Source: Eledone cirrhosa
Taxonomy: Eukaryota
DNA: 64,000 bases
NCBI GenBank assembly: GCA_964016885.1
Contig: OZ024740.1
Span: forward strand, 66,712,001-66,776,000
Reading direction: 5' to 3'
Below, one piece after another: positions 24,916-39,449 of this stretch; positions within the stretch are counted from its first letter, which is position 1; each line of letters starts with the position of its first letter. The notes beneath the pieces are model-generated. The model was not told the DNA's origin and ran no database searches. It saw nothing but the letters and a program-made list of their open reading frames with translations. Both the position numbers and the translations under genes were made by a program.

Positions 24916-26779
24916 TTCACCTTCGTGGCAACTTTGAAAGCATTGTAGCATAAGTATAAACATTTTAAATGACAAAAGTCGAAACAATGGAAATATAAAC
25001 TATATATCTTTATTCAATGTTGAAATACTTCCAACAGTGAATTGGTGTGACTGGAATGTTTAGGATTTGTTAACGGTTGGTGAAACTGGAGTTCAATTTT
25101 GAAAATACAAAATCTCTATTTGGTGCCTTTCATTCTTCAAAAGCTGTTATAATTCGGTGGACCTTACTATAGTTATTAATTGATATTTATATTTTGTTTT
25201 CTAAAGTGTGACTTTTAGAATTTGAATGAGGGAAACAATAAATATATTGAAATGTTTTAACGTTGGCTAACAGTGGTACAATACCTCAAATTTGATTTGA
25301 AGCTCAGAAACATGTATGCAAGTGAATGATATGATTCATAGTATATATATATATCTCTATATATTATAGTCTCTATATTACCTTTCTTTGCACATCACTA
25401 TATTCAATATAAAATATAATTGTCATTAGCTAGAAGATATATTTATAAATCATTCCACCAAATTCACTCACATGGCAATGGTTGGCCTAATGTTTGCAGC
25501 TAAATTTATATTAAGGTACACAAGTAAACCAAGCAAGATACCGGAATGATTTCTGGCTATTGTTGATATAATGATAAGTGCTGCTTGAAGCATAATTATA
25601 TTCATAATAAATAAAATATTGATGCAATCTGATGTGCTAGGTTCCTATTATGTGTGACAACAAAAAGAATGGAATGTATTTTTAAGGATTAAACGACGGT
25701 TTGTCGTACAGTACACACTCATATTTTGAAGAAAAATAATGGAAATAAGATTTTGTAATATATATTCTGTGTATAGAATGCAAGACAATTTTCACATCGA
25801 TTGTTTGTGTTAAAATGCTAATTATGTAAAATATCTAGAAATGATGTCCAGGTTTACAACCAGCTGGGTAATGAACACAATCATATACTTTTTCTGTCGT
25901 TCTATGGTTTCTTCTAATAATTCTTTCTTACGTTTGTACAATGTCAGAAATTTCGGAGCAGGATAATTCGATATATTTGATCGAAGGGCTTTATTTTATT
26001 GATTTCGTAGTAAAGAAAAGTCAATGTTGATTTAGGCGAGATTTGAAATCAGAGAGTAAAGAGGCTGAAAAAATAATGTTAAGCATTTATCTTTGCTCTA
26101 ATCACTCTGATATTCCATCTACTAGTTTCTAATATTCGACGCAATACCAAACAAGTGTATTGAATTGACTTAGTACTTGAGAGTTTTAATGTGTCAATCT
26201 GAGGAGGGCATAATGTGAAATTGAAATCAGATGGTATTTGAATACAGATTTTACGATATGCTAATGATTCAGTCAACTCACGGCCTTTCATTTACTTGAA
26301 ATGAGGGCTTTTGAATTAGGCACAAGACCAGCATTTGAGTGAGGATTGACAAAATATTACATCGTTCTCAGTATTTGACTCGTGCATTATTGTATCGATA
26401 TTGTGCGGACGAAAGGAAAGATTGACCTTAAAATGTGAAAACTAAGCGTAACTGTCCATAAATACTGTAAATATTTTGACCGAAACTCTGAAGTTTCTGC
26501 TAACCCACCGTTATAATTCTATCTATCATTGGCACACTTTTTAACATTGACCAACTATTTTGTTGAAATAGAATAATGATAATTACTACCAGTAATTACT
26601 ACACGACACTTTACTTATCAATCTCAGAAGGAAGTGTGGTAAAGTTGAACTACGCGTGATTTGAACCCTGAACGTAAAGAGCCGTAACTATATGCCGCAA
26701 ATCATGCTGACAGTCGATCTACCTATACTGCCAAAACTTTGCCCTACTCCTACCGTTATAACAATAATAATTGTTTCTG

Positions 26780-26960
26780 ATTTAGTCACGAGGCCAATAA
26801 ATCTTTTGGGGAGGGGAAAGTTGATTGAATCGACCTCAGTGCATTACTAGTACTTTATTTTATCGATCTCGTAAGGATGAAAGTCAGAGCTGACCATGGT
26901 GGGATTTGGACTCAGAACGTAAAGCACCATAACTATATGTCGCACACATGTTGTCGAACG
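26780..26960 (-). mobile_element. Diverged Meta-domain SINE (further remnants 25980-26700)
   Basis: tactttattttatcgatctcgtaaggatgaaagtcagagctgacc is the reverse complement of the SINE core. Confidence 0.65.
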
Positions 26961-27639
26961 CTAATTAAACTGCCAATTCAACACTCTATTCCTACCCATA
27001 TAACAATAATGATATATTATTTTGGTATCTCACACAATAACATCATAATTGTACGAAGACTTATGATATGAAATCTATCATAAACATATTTTTAACATAA
27101 ACTAAATTCATATCAGCAAATAATAAAGAAATATTTATGGATATGTCAGAGAATCCCAGAAATAAGAGCTTTTTGTCACAATGCTATATGGCTAATTAAT
27201 TGTTCTCTGCTACTGTTTGAGTTTGTGCGCTTTTATAGTAAAAATTATTGAAATTTAATTGCAGATTCAATTCCGGCCTGTAAATGTATGAATTTAAGAA
27301 ACATTGTAGATTTGTTTTTACATTTCAACCTTACTTTATTGTTATTTAAAATGTATTCAATAATTGTCTGAGTCGTTATAACTTTAGATAGAATGATTTA
27401 AGGAAACTGTTGCAGCACTGAGGTAAATCGCACTAATGTTTATTCGCATTTCTTCCTTCCTATAGTGAGACAGATTTTTCCTCTATCAGTCAGAGATGAG
27501 TGATCAGTTTCCATTGCCCACCAGGACTTTTAGCAACTGCAGAAGCATAGTTTGCGAAACTTAGATTTCAACATGCGTCAGGCACCGGGACCTAGCTAGC
27601 AACAGACATCTCGACCTGCCCAACTAAATTTCAACCCCA

Positions 27640-27935
27640 ATACAGCCCCCACCCCACCCCACACCAGGATCTAACCATTCGGTGGGGGAATGAGTGTCTC
27701 TGAATACGCTTCGCATACGTGTCAACCAGTTCAATGAAGCCATGCTACACTGGAGGCTTTGTCCATGAGCAACTTCAGAGTGTGGCTCACCAGAGAAGAC
27801 GACTGAACATATAAGTGAATGCTCTGATCTCCACCCGCATGAGAGTGTGGACTCCATGCTTGGAGGACGTCGTGCGATTGGTGTCTCATACGCAAGAAGA
27901 TGGAAAAATGTCTAACACACATTCCAAAATTTCTG
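27640..27935 (+). mobile_element. Decayed Ingi/I-group LINE ORF2 C-terminus
   Basis: PGSNHSVGE*VSLNTLRIRVNQFNEAMLHWRL..SECGSPEKTTEHISEC resembles the W..LNRLRTG..LH.WG..C.CG..QT..HI..C motif. Confidence 0.5.
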
Positions 27936-28125
27936 TAGAAGAAATCTCATTTAGTTCGACCTAGAGGAAAATAGTAACCACCAAGATTAGATGCTGAAGA
28001 AACAAGCTATGTCACAACAGCGCACCCAACTACACACGACTCTACCAGGAACTGGGCATATCAGAGTATTGACAATATTATACACCTAAACAACATATGT
28101 ACTTGTCTATACCATACTAATTCAA

Positions 28126-28180
28126 ACTGCCTGAAGAGGTCACAGCCAAAGATGGCTGTCACTGAAATATATATAGCAGT
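28126..28180 (+). ncRNA. Minimal type-I hammerhead ribozyme
   Basis: ACTGC-CTGAAGA-GGTCACAGCCA-AAGA-TGGCTGTCACT-GAAA-TATATA-TA-GCAGT-AATAAA; identical copy at 53700. Confidence 0.9.
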
Positions 28181-28322
28181 AATAAACGAAGCTAAATTTT
28201 AATCATTTTACTTTTATTTAACTTTATTTTACACTACTCCGGAGTAACCAAACCAACCTGCGCACTTCGTCGAGTGCTCCAGCCTGCATACTGAGGTGTT
28301 GGTATACAACCAACATAAACTC

Positions 28323-28425
<103 letters not shown>

Positions 28426-28589
28426 AGGATTTAGTTTCAAGCATAGCTCTATACAGATATGTATCAACATTTCGTATTTCTAAAGAAACACGGTATGTTT
28501 AGAGATAAACATTTAGAAAACCGTAGCTATGCAAAAAACAAGGGCAGCTATCGCCATCTGGTGGTTTCCAGCAGAAGCAAGGGGGGACA

Positions 28590-28633
28590 ATCGTCTATGC
28601 ATTTCGAACTGAACTGGTACCCACCAGGACGAT
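28590..28633 (-). ncRNA. Degenerate hammerhead motif (CTGGTGG core)
   Basis: Minus: ATCGTC-CTGGTGG-GTACCAGTTCAGTTC-GAAA-TGCA-TA-GACGAT; perfect 6-bp stem I. Confidence 0.6.
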
Positions 28634-29083
28634 CCCCCCACACTTGCGAGAATATATAGATTTCTCGTCTGTGTAAATGAGATGATTAATCTCATTTGCG
28701 CACGAAGCTGCATAAGTTGGCTCAACTTATAGTAGAATAGAATTAGGATTTAGCTTCGGGCATAGCTGTATACAGGTATGTATAGACATTTCGTATTTCT
28801 AAAGTAACACGATATGTTTACAGGTAAACATTTAGAAAGACGTAGCTATGCAAAAAACACCGGGCAATCGCCCTCTGGTGGTTTCCAGCAGAAGCAAGGA
28901 GGAAAATCCAGTTCAGTTCGAAATGCATCGAGAATTGACAGGTTTGCTTCTGCTGAATACCACCAGAGGGTGTTAGCCCCGGTGTTTTTTGCATAGCTAC
29001 GGTTTTCTAAATATATATCTGTAAAATATACAGTGTTTCTTTACAAATATGAAATTTCTGTACATATCTATATATACGTATGT

Positions 29084-29168
<85 letters not shown>

Positions 29169-29341
29169 AGAGAGTATGATCCCGACGGAAGAGCTCAAGC
29201 CGTTTCCGTTTCGACGGCTATTTCGAAACGGCTTGAGCTCTCCCGTCCGGGTCATACTCTCCCCTATTACCGACTCTACTACTCTAAGTATTGAGTACTC
29301 TGGTGCGTTATGGTCCCTCTGATTCCTTACCACAACTCCCC

Positions 29342-29415
<74 letters not shown>

Positions 29416-29803
29416 GTATGTGTGTGTGTTTGTGCGTCCGTGTAATAAATTAGGACATTTTATCACACAAACGTACAAGGGCATATTTAAACATATCAAA
29501 TCATTTAGAAGCTCTACTATATTTCCTAAAATAATGTCACAAGTTTAATCACAGACGATGAAATCTACACCAGTATCTGATAGGTACTTACTTATGCAAT
29601 CTTGAAAGAAATAATTTAAAATAATACCTTAATTACACATGAACAAAAAGCGTGATAATAATCTCTAAATTATGTATTTAAAAATTCCGTTTCTTAATTG
29701 AATTTTTTGAATGAAAATAAAGATATCTCGATTCTAAATATTGTATTATGATCGTTTAGAATAAGAAAATTATATATATATATATTTCAATATATGTGTG
29801 TGT

Positions 29804-29837
29804 CTGAAGATCCGCTTAAGGTGAAACATTTGTTCTC
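29804..29837 (+). ncRNA. Hammerhead motif at the 5' break of a solo pLTR (family of 42110/44686)
   Basis: CTGAAGA-TCCGCTTAAGGT-GAAAC-ATTT-GTT-CTC; downstream sequence matches the pLTR of the 42110-44826 element. Confidence 0.65.
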
Positions 29838-29932
29838 AGTATGGTAAAATAACTGTTGTGGATCTACTTCTACAAAACACGTCCCATGGACTGCGTGCTA
29901 TACTACTACGGATATAACCCTCCAGGTTCTAC

Positions 29933-30097
<165 letters not shown>

Positions 30098-30102
30098 TTA
30101 TT

Positions 30103-30136
<34 letters not shown>

Positions 30137-30161
30137 TATGTGTCATTTATATATATATGTC

Positions 30162-30199
<38 letters not shown>

Positions 30200-31670
30200 T
30201 TCATTTTCGAACAATAATAATATGTACTCTTAACGAATATATATTGTCCTTAATGTAGATATATTTTAGCTTAATTTTATAATCAGTTGCTGAAAGTGAT
30301 CTTTCCTCCAAACAAATAGAATCCTGTGAGTATCAAAATCGGAACACCTCAATTTCAAATTGATTACTAAACACATATATTAAAGTGAACTGTGTATAGA
30401 GACGGCGCTACTATTAAGACTATCTAGGTTGCTGCCTACAACACAGATACCAGAGTATTCCATTACTCAAGCTTAAAGGATGTAGGTTTTATACAAATTC
30501 GTGTGATTATATTAATTATATGATTCCCTGCGATCAATAAAGAAATGCTAAATATTTTTCCACGGAATAGCGTTGTGGAAATATCCAAACTCTTGAGAGG
30601 GTTTATAGAGTTGAGACCTGTCACAGGATTGTGTGAAGGTGAATGTGGTATGTGTATTGGAAGATGCATGTTAATAATTCAAGAATGCTTATTCTCCGTT
30701 AGTGAAGTCGGAGAAAAAATACAAAACCTTAGTTTAAAATTTAATTGTAGGAATGAGACGCCTAATTAGGAAGACGCCTAATTAGGAAAACTGAGAGAAA
30801 GGGGCACCAATTGTGGAGATCGCATAGAGAACCAAATGCTCAGATGTAGGCTCTGTGTATATATATATAATTGTTTTTACTTTTGGCACAAGGCTAGTAA
30901 TAAACCTCAGGGCATTACTGGTGCTTTATTTTATCCAGCCCGTAAGGATGAAAGGCAAAGTTAACTTCGGCTATAGTTCTATGCTGCAAAGTATGGTATC
31001 TGATGCTCAACCTCTAAAAGGGTCCAGAAAAACAGTGTTTAGTACTATTATTATAGAAAGCCATATCTTGCATATGTTTATATGTAAAAGGTAACATTAT
31101 ATGTTACCTTTTACACCACCGTTTGCAAATTTCTGTTTTATATGTTTATACACAAGATATGGCTTTCTATAATAATAGTACTAAACACTGTTTTTCTGGA
31201 CCCTTTTAGAAATAACCTGCTACTATAATAGCCCTAATAACCTGTCTGTGACACTGTACCACTTTGACCCCTTTAACTAAATTTTGTCCGAACAACACCA
31301 CTAGAAGAATTTACTTCCCCGCCAACCCTAACACGCCTCATTAAGCTAACTGCTGCCAAAACATTCTCTCCTCGCAATCTCTACTAGTCTGACAGTCTTA
31401 AATCCTAAGACTCCCTCCACCTTACTCACTTCCCTCTTCCCCTTCTCTTCCTACCTCCTTCTTTATCTTTTATCTAGTGTATAACATATGTTCATATCAT
31501 TTCAATACAAAGGTCTGATGACATGGTCTGTTTGATTACAGTGTACCTTCGGTTTATGATAATATTTTTATATTATTCAAATAGCGAGGTATAGGTAACC
31601 CATACACTATAGAAACAATTGTTACCTAATAAATTCTGTATACCCGCATTTCCATTTCGTAAACTTCTTC

Positions 31671-31757
<87 letters not shown>

Positions 31758-31823
31758 TCCTGTCTTCCTCCGGTTGCAACGTTTTTGAAATCTCCACTTC
31801 TGCGTTTACATATTGACTTTGTT

Positions 31824-31874
31824 AGTTTCAGAAGATCCCGTTAAGGGTGAAAGCAGCGATTCTTTGCTTAAACT
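31824..31874 (+). ncRNA. Hammerhead-like motif with CAGAAGA core
   Basis: AGTTT-CAGAAGA-TCCC-GTTAA-GGGT-GAAAGCA..TGCTT-AAACT; further copies 60245(-) and 60373(+). Confidence 0.65.
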
Positions 31875-31891
31875 TTTAATATGTTATTTTA

Positions 31892-34021
<2,130 letters not shown>

Positions 34022-34092
34022 AAATTAAGATAAATTAAATGAATTTAATCCAAATCGAAATTGTGGGTGTCATGCCTTAACGGCGTTCTAGT

Positions 34093-34164
<72 letters not shown>

Positions 34165-34166
<2 letters not shown>

Positions 34167-34640
34167 AAGGCGGGTAAAATTCCCGAGATCCATGGACGAG
34201 TTCTCTCCAGCGGTCTCTGTCCCTCATTATCGCTGCCATATCCTGCATCTCCAACAGACCAGTGTCTGTCCTTAGAGCATCAACATATGTTAACCTTGGT
34301 CTTCCTCTTCTAGTGTGTCCATGTAGGGGTTCCCAAAGGAGCACTGAGTGCAATGTCAACTGTGGATGTCGGTGAGCATGTCCAGCCAACCTCAGTCTCC
34401 TCTGTGTCACTTTTGAGCTGACTTTTGGGATGCTCCCATACAGCTCTGAGTTTCTCATTCTCAGTGTATACTGATTAATATTCAGAGCCATCCTCAGCAT
34501 TCTCGTGTAGCACCCATCCACCATCTGAGTGAGTCTCTTGGTCAGTGTCCAAGTCTCAGACCCATACAGCAGCACAGACTCCACTACAGCAATGAAGAGG
34601 CGGATTTTCAGGTCTCTACGAAGGTCCGACTTCCACACTA
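34165..34640 (-). mobile_element. RTE-clade LINE 3' end (ORF2 C-terminus), 5'-truncated, in (TA)n
   Basis: [47 protein letters not shown]. Confidence 0.93.
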
Positions 34641-34872
34641 TATATATGTTATCTGAATTTTCTAGTCTCTGCGAGGATGTAACATTCTCTTATTTTTAAT
34701 AAGGATGTCATATAAATTCAGTTCTGAATATGCTATTCGCAGTGGAGAGGAAGAATCAATCACATTTATTAATACATATACACCCGCGCTCGTGCAAGCA
34801 CATATACTCATATACAAACACCCACCACACACACACAGTAATATAGACAACACACAGACACACACATAGAGA

Positions 34873-35005
<133 letters not shown>

Positions 35006-35355
35006 GAGCAGATTATACGTTATATGTGCTGAGGAAATACCTCGTAGCATCTTCGAATATGTGTGTATATGTGTTTAGTTATACTTATATAATTTCTAAA
35101 TTACAATTTACTATGTAGGATTTCATGTGACAGATTGAATGTACCTAACCCTTGAAAGATATCGTTCTTAAAACACGTTGACTTGGAAGGACTGCAGATT
35201 ATCTTCGAAACGTTGACCATCTGAGTTCATACAAACATTGATGCTATAAGGGGGGAAAATTAATCCACTTCATCTGAAACCGATTTCCTTTCGTTAGGTA
35301 TAAACGTTTAATGTTTATGTTTACATAATCACTAGTAATGAAGCGTGTAATGCCT

Positions 35356-35532
35356 TGGCAATCGGTAGAGGGTTGGACGCCATGCTTTCTAGCATAGTTA
35401 CGTCCCTTTACCGTCTGAGTTCAAATCCCGCCGAGGTTAACTTTGCCTTTCATCCTTACGGGGTCGATAAAATAAAGTACCAGTAATGTACTGGGTATTT
35501 GCTGGCCTTGTGCCTAAAGTAGAAACAATTAT
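35356..35532 (+). mobile_element. tRNA-derived Meta-domain SINE
   Basis: B box gagttcaaatccc, core ctttgcctttcatccttacggggtcgataaaataaagtaccag. Confidence 0.85.
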
Positions 35533-38143
35533 TTAATAATATATCTTTACACATGGTTTTGTAGCAACCTCAGATAATGTGAGGGGGTATGTGGCAGACG
35601 TTCTTCTGTAACAGTAACTCCTGTTTAGAGAACGGATATTCCAGTGAGTATTTGACATTCTTTGGATAAAGTATTGAGAAATGGAATACTGGGACAATGA
35701 GGTTGAAACACAGTATGAGGTTTCGCGACGCAAGCATTGGTTTTACCTGCCTGCATTCTAAACTTGTACTCAAATGATGTTGTGCAAGACAGCAGCTATA
35801 ACAATCAATTAAAAAGGAGCCAATGTTTCTAACAGAACAGCTATCATCCCTACAAGATGAGTAGGCCCTCGAATATTACGTACAGTACTGAATATTTCCC
35901 TAATATTGCTCTTCTGGTTCGTACTCAAATGTTTAGCCCTACTATTTGCTGGCCCCTGCAGATATTCTCCTGCTAACAAGATTGAAGCAAAACAATTCAT
36001 ACTCAAACACATTGTCTCTAACGTAAAACGAGTGCCAAAAACATTCTTTCTCGAACAAGACACAAAATTGTACAATATAAGATTTCTCATCCCACTGGCT
36101 ACTAGATATTAGAAGAGAACATGTCTGTCTATATATAAACTTGTTAGTGCTTATAGTTATTATACCTTGGTAAATCAGTGATTTGAGTTATGACACTTTA
36201 CTCTATATGTTAAAGGTTAGCCATTCGGTGATTAAATGTAACTAACTGAAATAAGTACTAGGTTGAAACGCTGGACAAAGAATATTGCAGCAGAATTCCT
36301 TGAATCCAATCACGGATATCAGTAAACAATAGTTTAAAATATGAATACCAATGAAAGTTGTTAAAATCAAGGACTTGAAATTATTGAACAGATAGCTTAA
36401 GAACATTTCAATGTGGGCAAAATCTGTTTTAGGTTCTATATATGTGTAATATATCATGCACTCCATGATTATTTTGTGGATATTTTTGAATATTTACTTT
36501 TTTGTGTCAATCCAATATCGGAAAAATTTCAGCAAGTATTTTTTTCATGTACTAGGATTTTTTAAAACTCACTGACACTTATATGCGTATGTGCATGTGC
36601 ATATATTTTTCTGTATGAGTATATAAATATTAACCTGCAATTACAGACACACATACAAAAATACACGCTCAGAAATATATTCACGCAAACACACATGCAT
36701 TCATACAAGCATACACATTCATTCACAGAAACACATACACACATACACAGAATAACAAATTGAACGCCAGCCACTCACTATTTTGCTATAGTTTTTTCAG
36801 CACCACCTGCCATCCTTTTACATACACATACATTCCCGCAGGCAGCAAACGTAAATAGACAGGAGTAATGTGAAGTAGTCACTCTAATTCTCTCTCTTTA
36901 CGTGTTATGACAGAATCACATTAAAGTTTACGATTCTTTACATATTCTGAAATCTATATTCATATAAGTGAAACATATTAACTACAGCCGAATAATAACA
37001 AATGCCGAGCTGTATCATGCTTGTCCTATTTTCACAATAATATAAATTAAAAGTTATTATCAGCAGTCTGCATTAGTAGACTTTTTAGAGCATAAAAACA
37101 TATGTATTGTCTTATGTATTCCGGTACATTACGTTTAGAATTTTAAATGACTCCGAGAGCAACATTGTGTTTCCTTGTTCCTGGATAGATAAAAAAAAGT
37201 ATCAATTAAAATACTGTAGTTCATTATAAAATGAATTTTACCTTGCACTAAACTTTTTTGTTTAAAGACATATCATAAGTCATTAACAGGAGTGTTTGAA
37301 TCATTAAATTTCTTCTGTTTCCCAGTCAAAAAGTTTAATCATTATTAAAACTAACAACTAAAACTTGTTCTTTATATGTATATTAGCAGTCATTCAAATA
37401 TTCTCTGTAACCTGTAGTGCTGATTTATAGCTAAGTTTTATGCCGTCTAGAACATATTAACATTTACAGAATACTTTCTTATCCATTTGGAAATTAAGCA
37501 TTCAAACAAATATACATTTCGTATCATTCTCATTGAACATTATTCATACGAAAAATTATCATTTTTATTGCTAACAGCTTTTTTTCATGAAGTAATTATG
37601 CGTTGCTAGATTAAGAGTTTAAGAGGTTAACAGTTTATAAATTCATGTCACTTTTTTTTCTTACATTGTTATATTTTTCTCTTACTCTTTATAATTTCAA
37701 TCATTCGATTGCGGCAATGCTTGTAAATATATATGTATATATCTATTTATGAGCGAGCCTGTGTGTGTAGGCGCATCTGTGAGTGCATGTGTGCGTAGGA
37801 GAATAGAACTCAGTACATGAGTTAGAGTATAAATATATATACATTTGAAATCGGATTGTTCCATAACGTCTTAGAAGAACCCGTTAGATAGCGTAGTTGT
37901 GAGTTCTCTTAATATAGAAAAAAAAAACGGAATTGATACGGTTAACATTTGTAGCTCTGCTTATATTTAAATGATAGTCCGAGTTTTACCAATAGAGAAA
38001 TGCTGAAAATAGCATCCAAATCTCAGTCAATGTACATCGTACACCCATTAACAAAAATGCTGGGCATAGGTAATTCAATTTTACATACTTGAAAACTGAT
38101 GGGATAGTTGCGGCAATAAATATTGATCATTGTTATGTTGGAT

Positions 38144-38321
38144 TGGCAGTATCGGTAGAGGGTCAGACACCATGCTTTTCAGCATAGTTGCGTACGTTTA
38201 CGATCTGAGTTCAAATGCCGCCGAGGTTAACTTTGCCTTTCATCCTTACGAGGTCGATAAAATAAAGTACCAGTAATGCACTGGGTAATTGCTGGCCTTG
38301 TGCCTAAAGTAGAAACAGTTA
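38144..38321 (+). mobile_element. tRNA-derived Meta-domain SINE
   Basis: Same family as 35356 and 23868. Confidence 0.85.
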
Positions 38322-39335
38322 TAATAGATTATTTGTGTCTTGAATTTAATTTTCAACACAAAATATGCTCGAGAATTCAGCAGAGTTTACTACTTATATA
38401 AGATATTTGGCTTATTTGTTTGTTATTAATGTTTTGGGTGATCCGATATCAAATAATTATATTTGTCTTCATTGCAAGCACAAGAGTGTTATGGAGCCAA
38501 GATGTGAAACGCTAACTTCCCTGGTCACACGCTGTTTATTAACATATTGAGTGAAAACATTTATGCGCTTTAAGCAAATAGTTTCTAAACATGTTTTCCT
38601 ACCTATTCCAAAATATGTCTCAATGGATACTTCAAAATATGTGGATATTTAGACGTATTGTAAAACGGTTTCGTATTGAATTTTCAAGTTAAATATGGTA
38701 AGAAAAAGACAGTAAAAAGCGAAAGACAAAGAGAAAGAGAGAGAGAGGGGCAACGTAAGAAAGAAGGGACAAAGAATGAAAGAATAACTACACTAGGAAA
38801 GATGAAAGAATGAAGAAAGGAAAGAAAGAATTAATATTTAGTAATTATGGCAAGTATATTATCTGAAATGGTTATTTTCAGCTGAACATTTTCACAACTT
38901 AAAATCTATCTTCAAAGTGTACTTAAAAGCTTTTATGATCAAATATTAATCGTCGTTGAAAACAAGATTGTGAAATAAATCGTACATCTTTCTCGAAATA
39001 GCAAGTGTTAATATGCTTTTGAAACACACTCTAGCTTTATTGAATTAGGCATTAAAGATGTAACGATGTTTCACATAACAATAGGTTACACGAAGAAATC
39101 ATTCGATATGTATCAATATAGTGAGAGTCCCTGAAGCAAATATGAAACAGCATGGTATTTCATGCCACTAGCTATGTGTTTTCTTGTTTTAGTGTATTTT
39201 TATGCCTTTTAGAGGAAGATGTTCGAAGCAATGCCTCAAGATACGCACTCTCAAAGGCAAACATAAATTTCCATATTTTTATATATCGCTTTCTCTTTCT
39301 TTCTCTCTCTCTTGCTTTCTACTCCCATCCTCGCT

Positions 39336-39381
<46 letters not shown>

Positions 39382-39390
39382 ACATATATT

Positions 39391-39421
<31 letters not shown>

Positions 39422-39449
39422 TGTTTATATATATATATATATATATATG

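Noticed and set aside
35356-35440. tRNA genes suggested by A/B boxes (also 23868, 38144, 52030)
   Set aside because: No cloverleaf; they are SINE heads followed by SINE core domains
35533-36112. Short ORFs as host exons; PRILRTVLNIS resembles an R4-type LINE end
   Set aside because: No convincing domain; similarity too short and stop-ridden to call
39200-39265. Hairpin gcctttt-agagg..cctc..aaaggc as ribozyme or SECIS
   Set aside because: No HHR core or SECIS quartet identifiable
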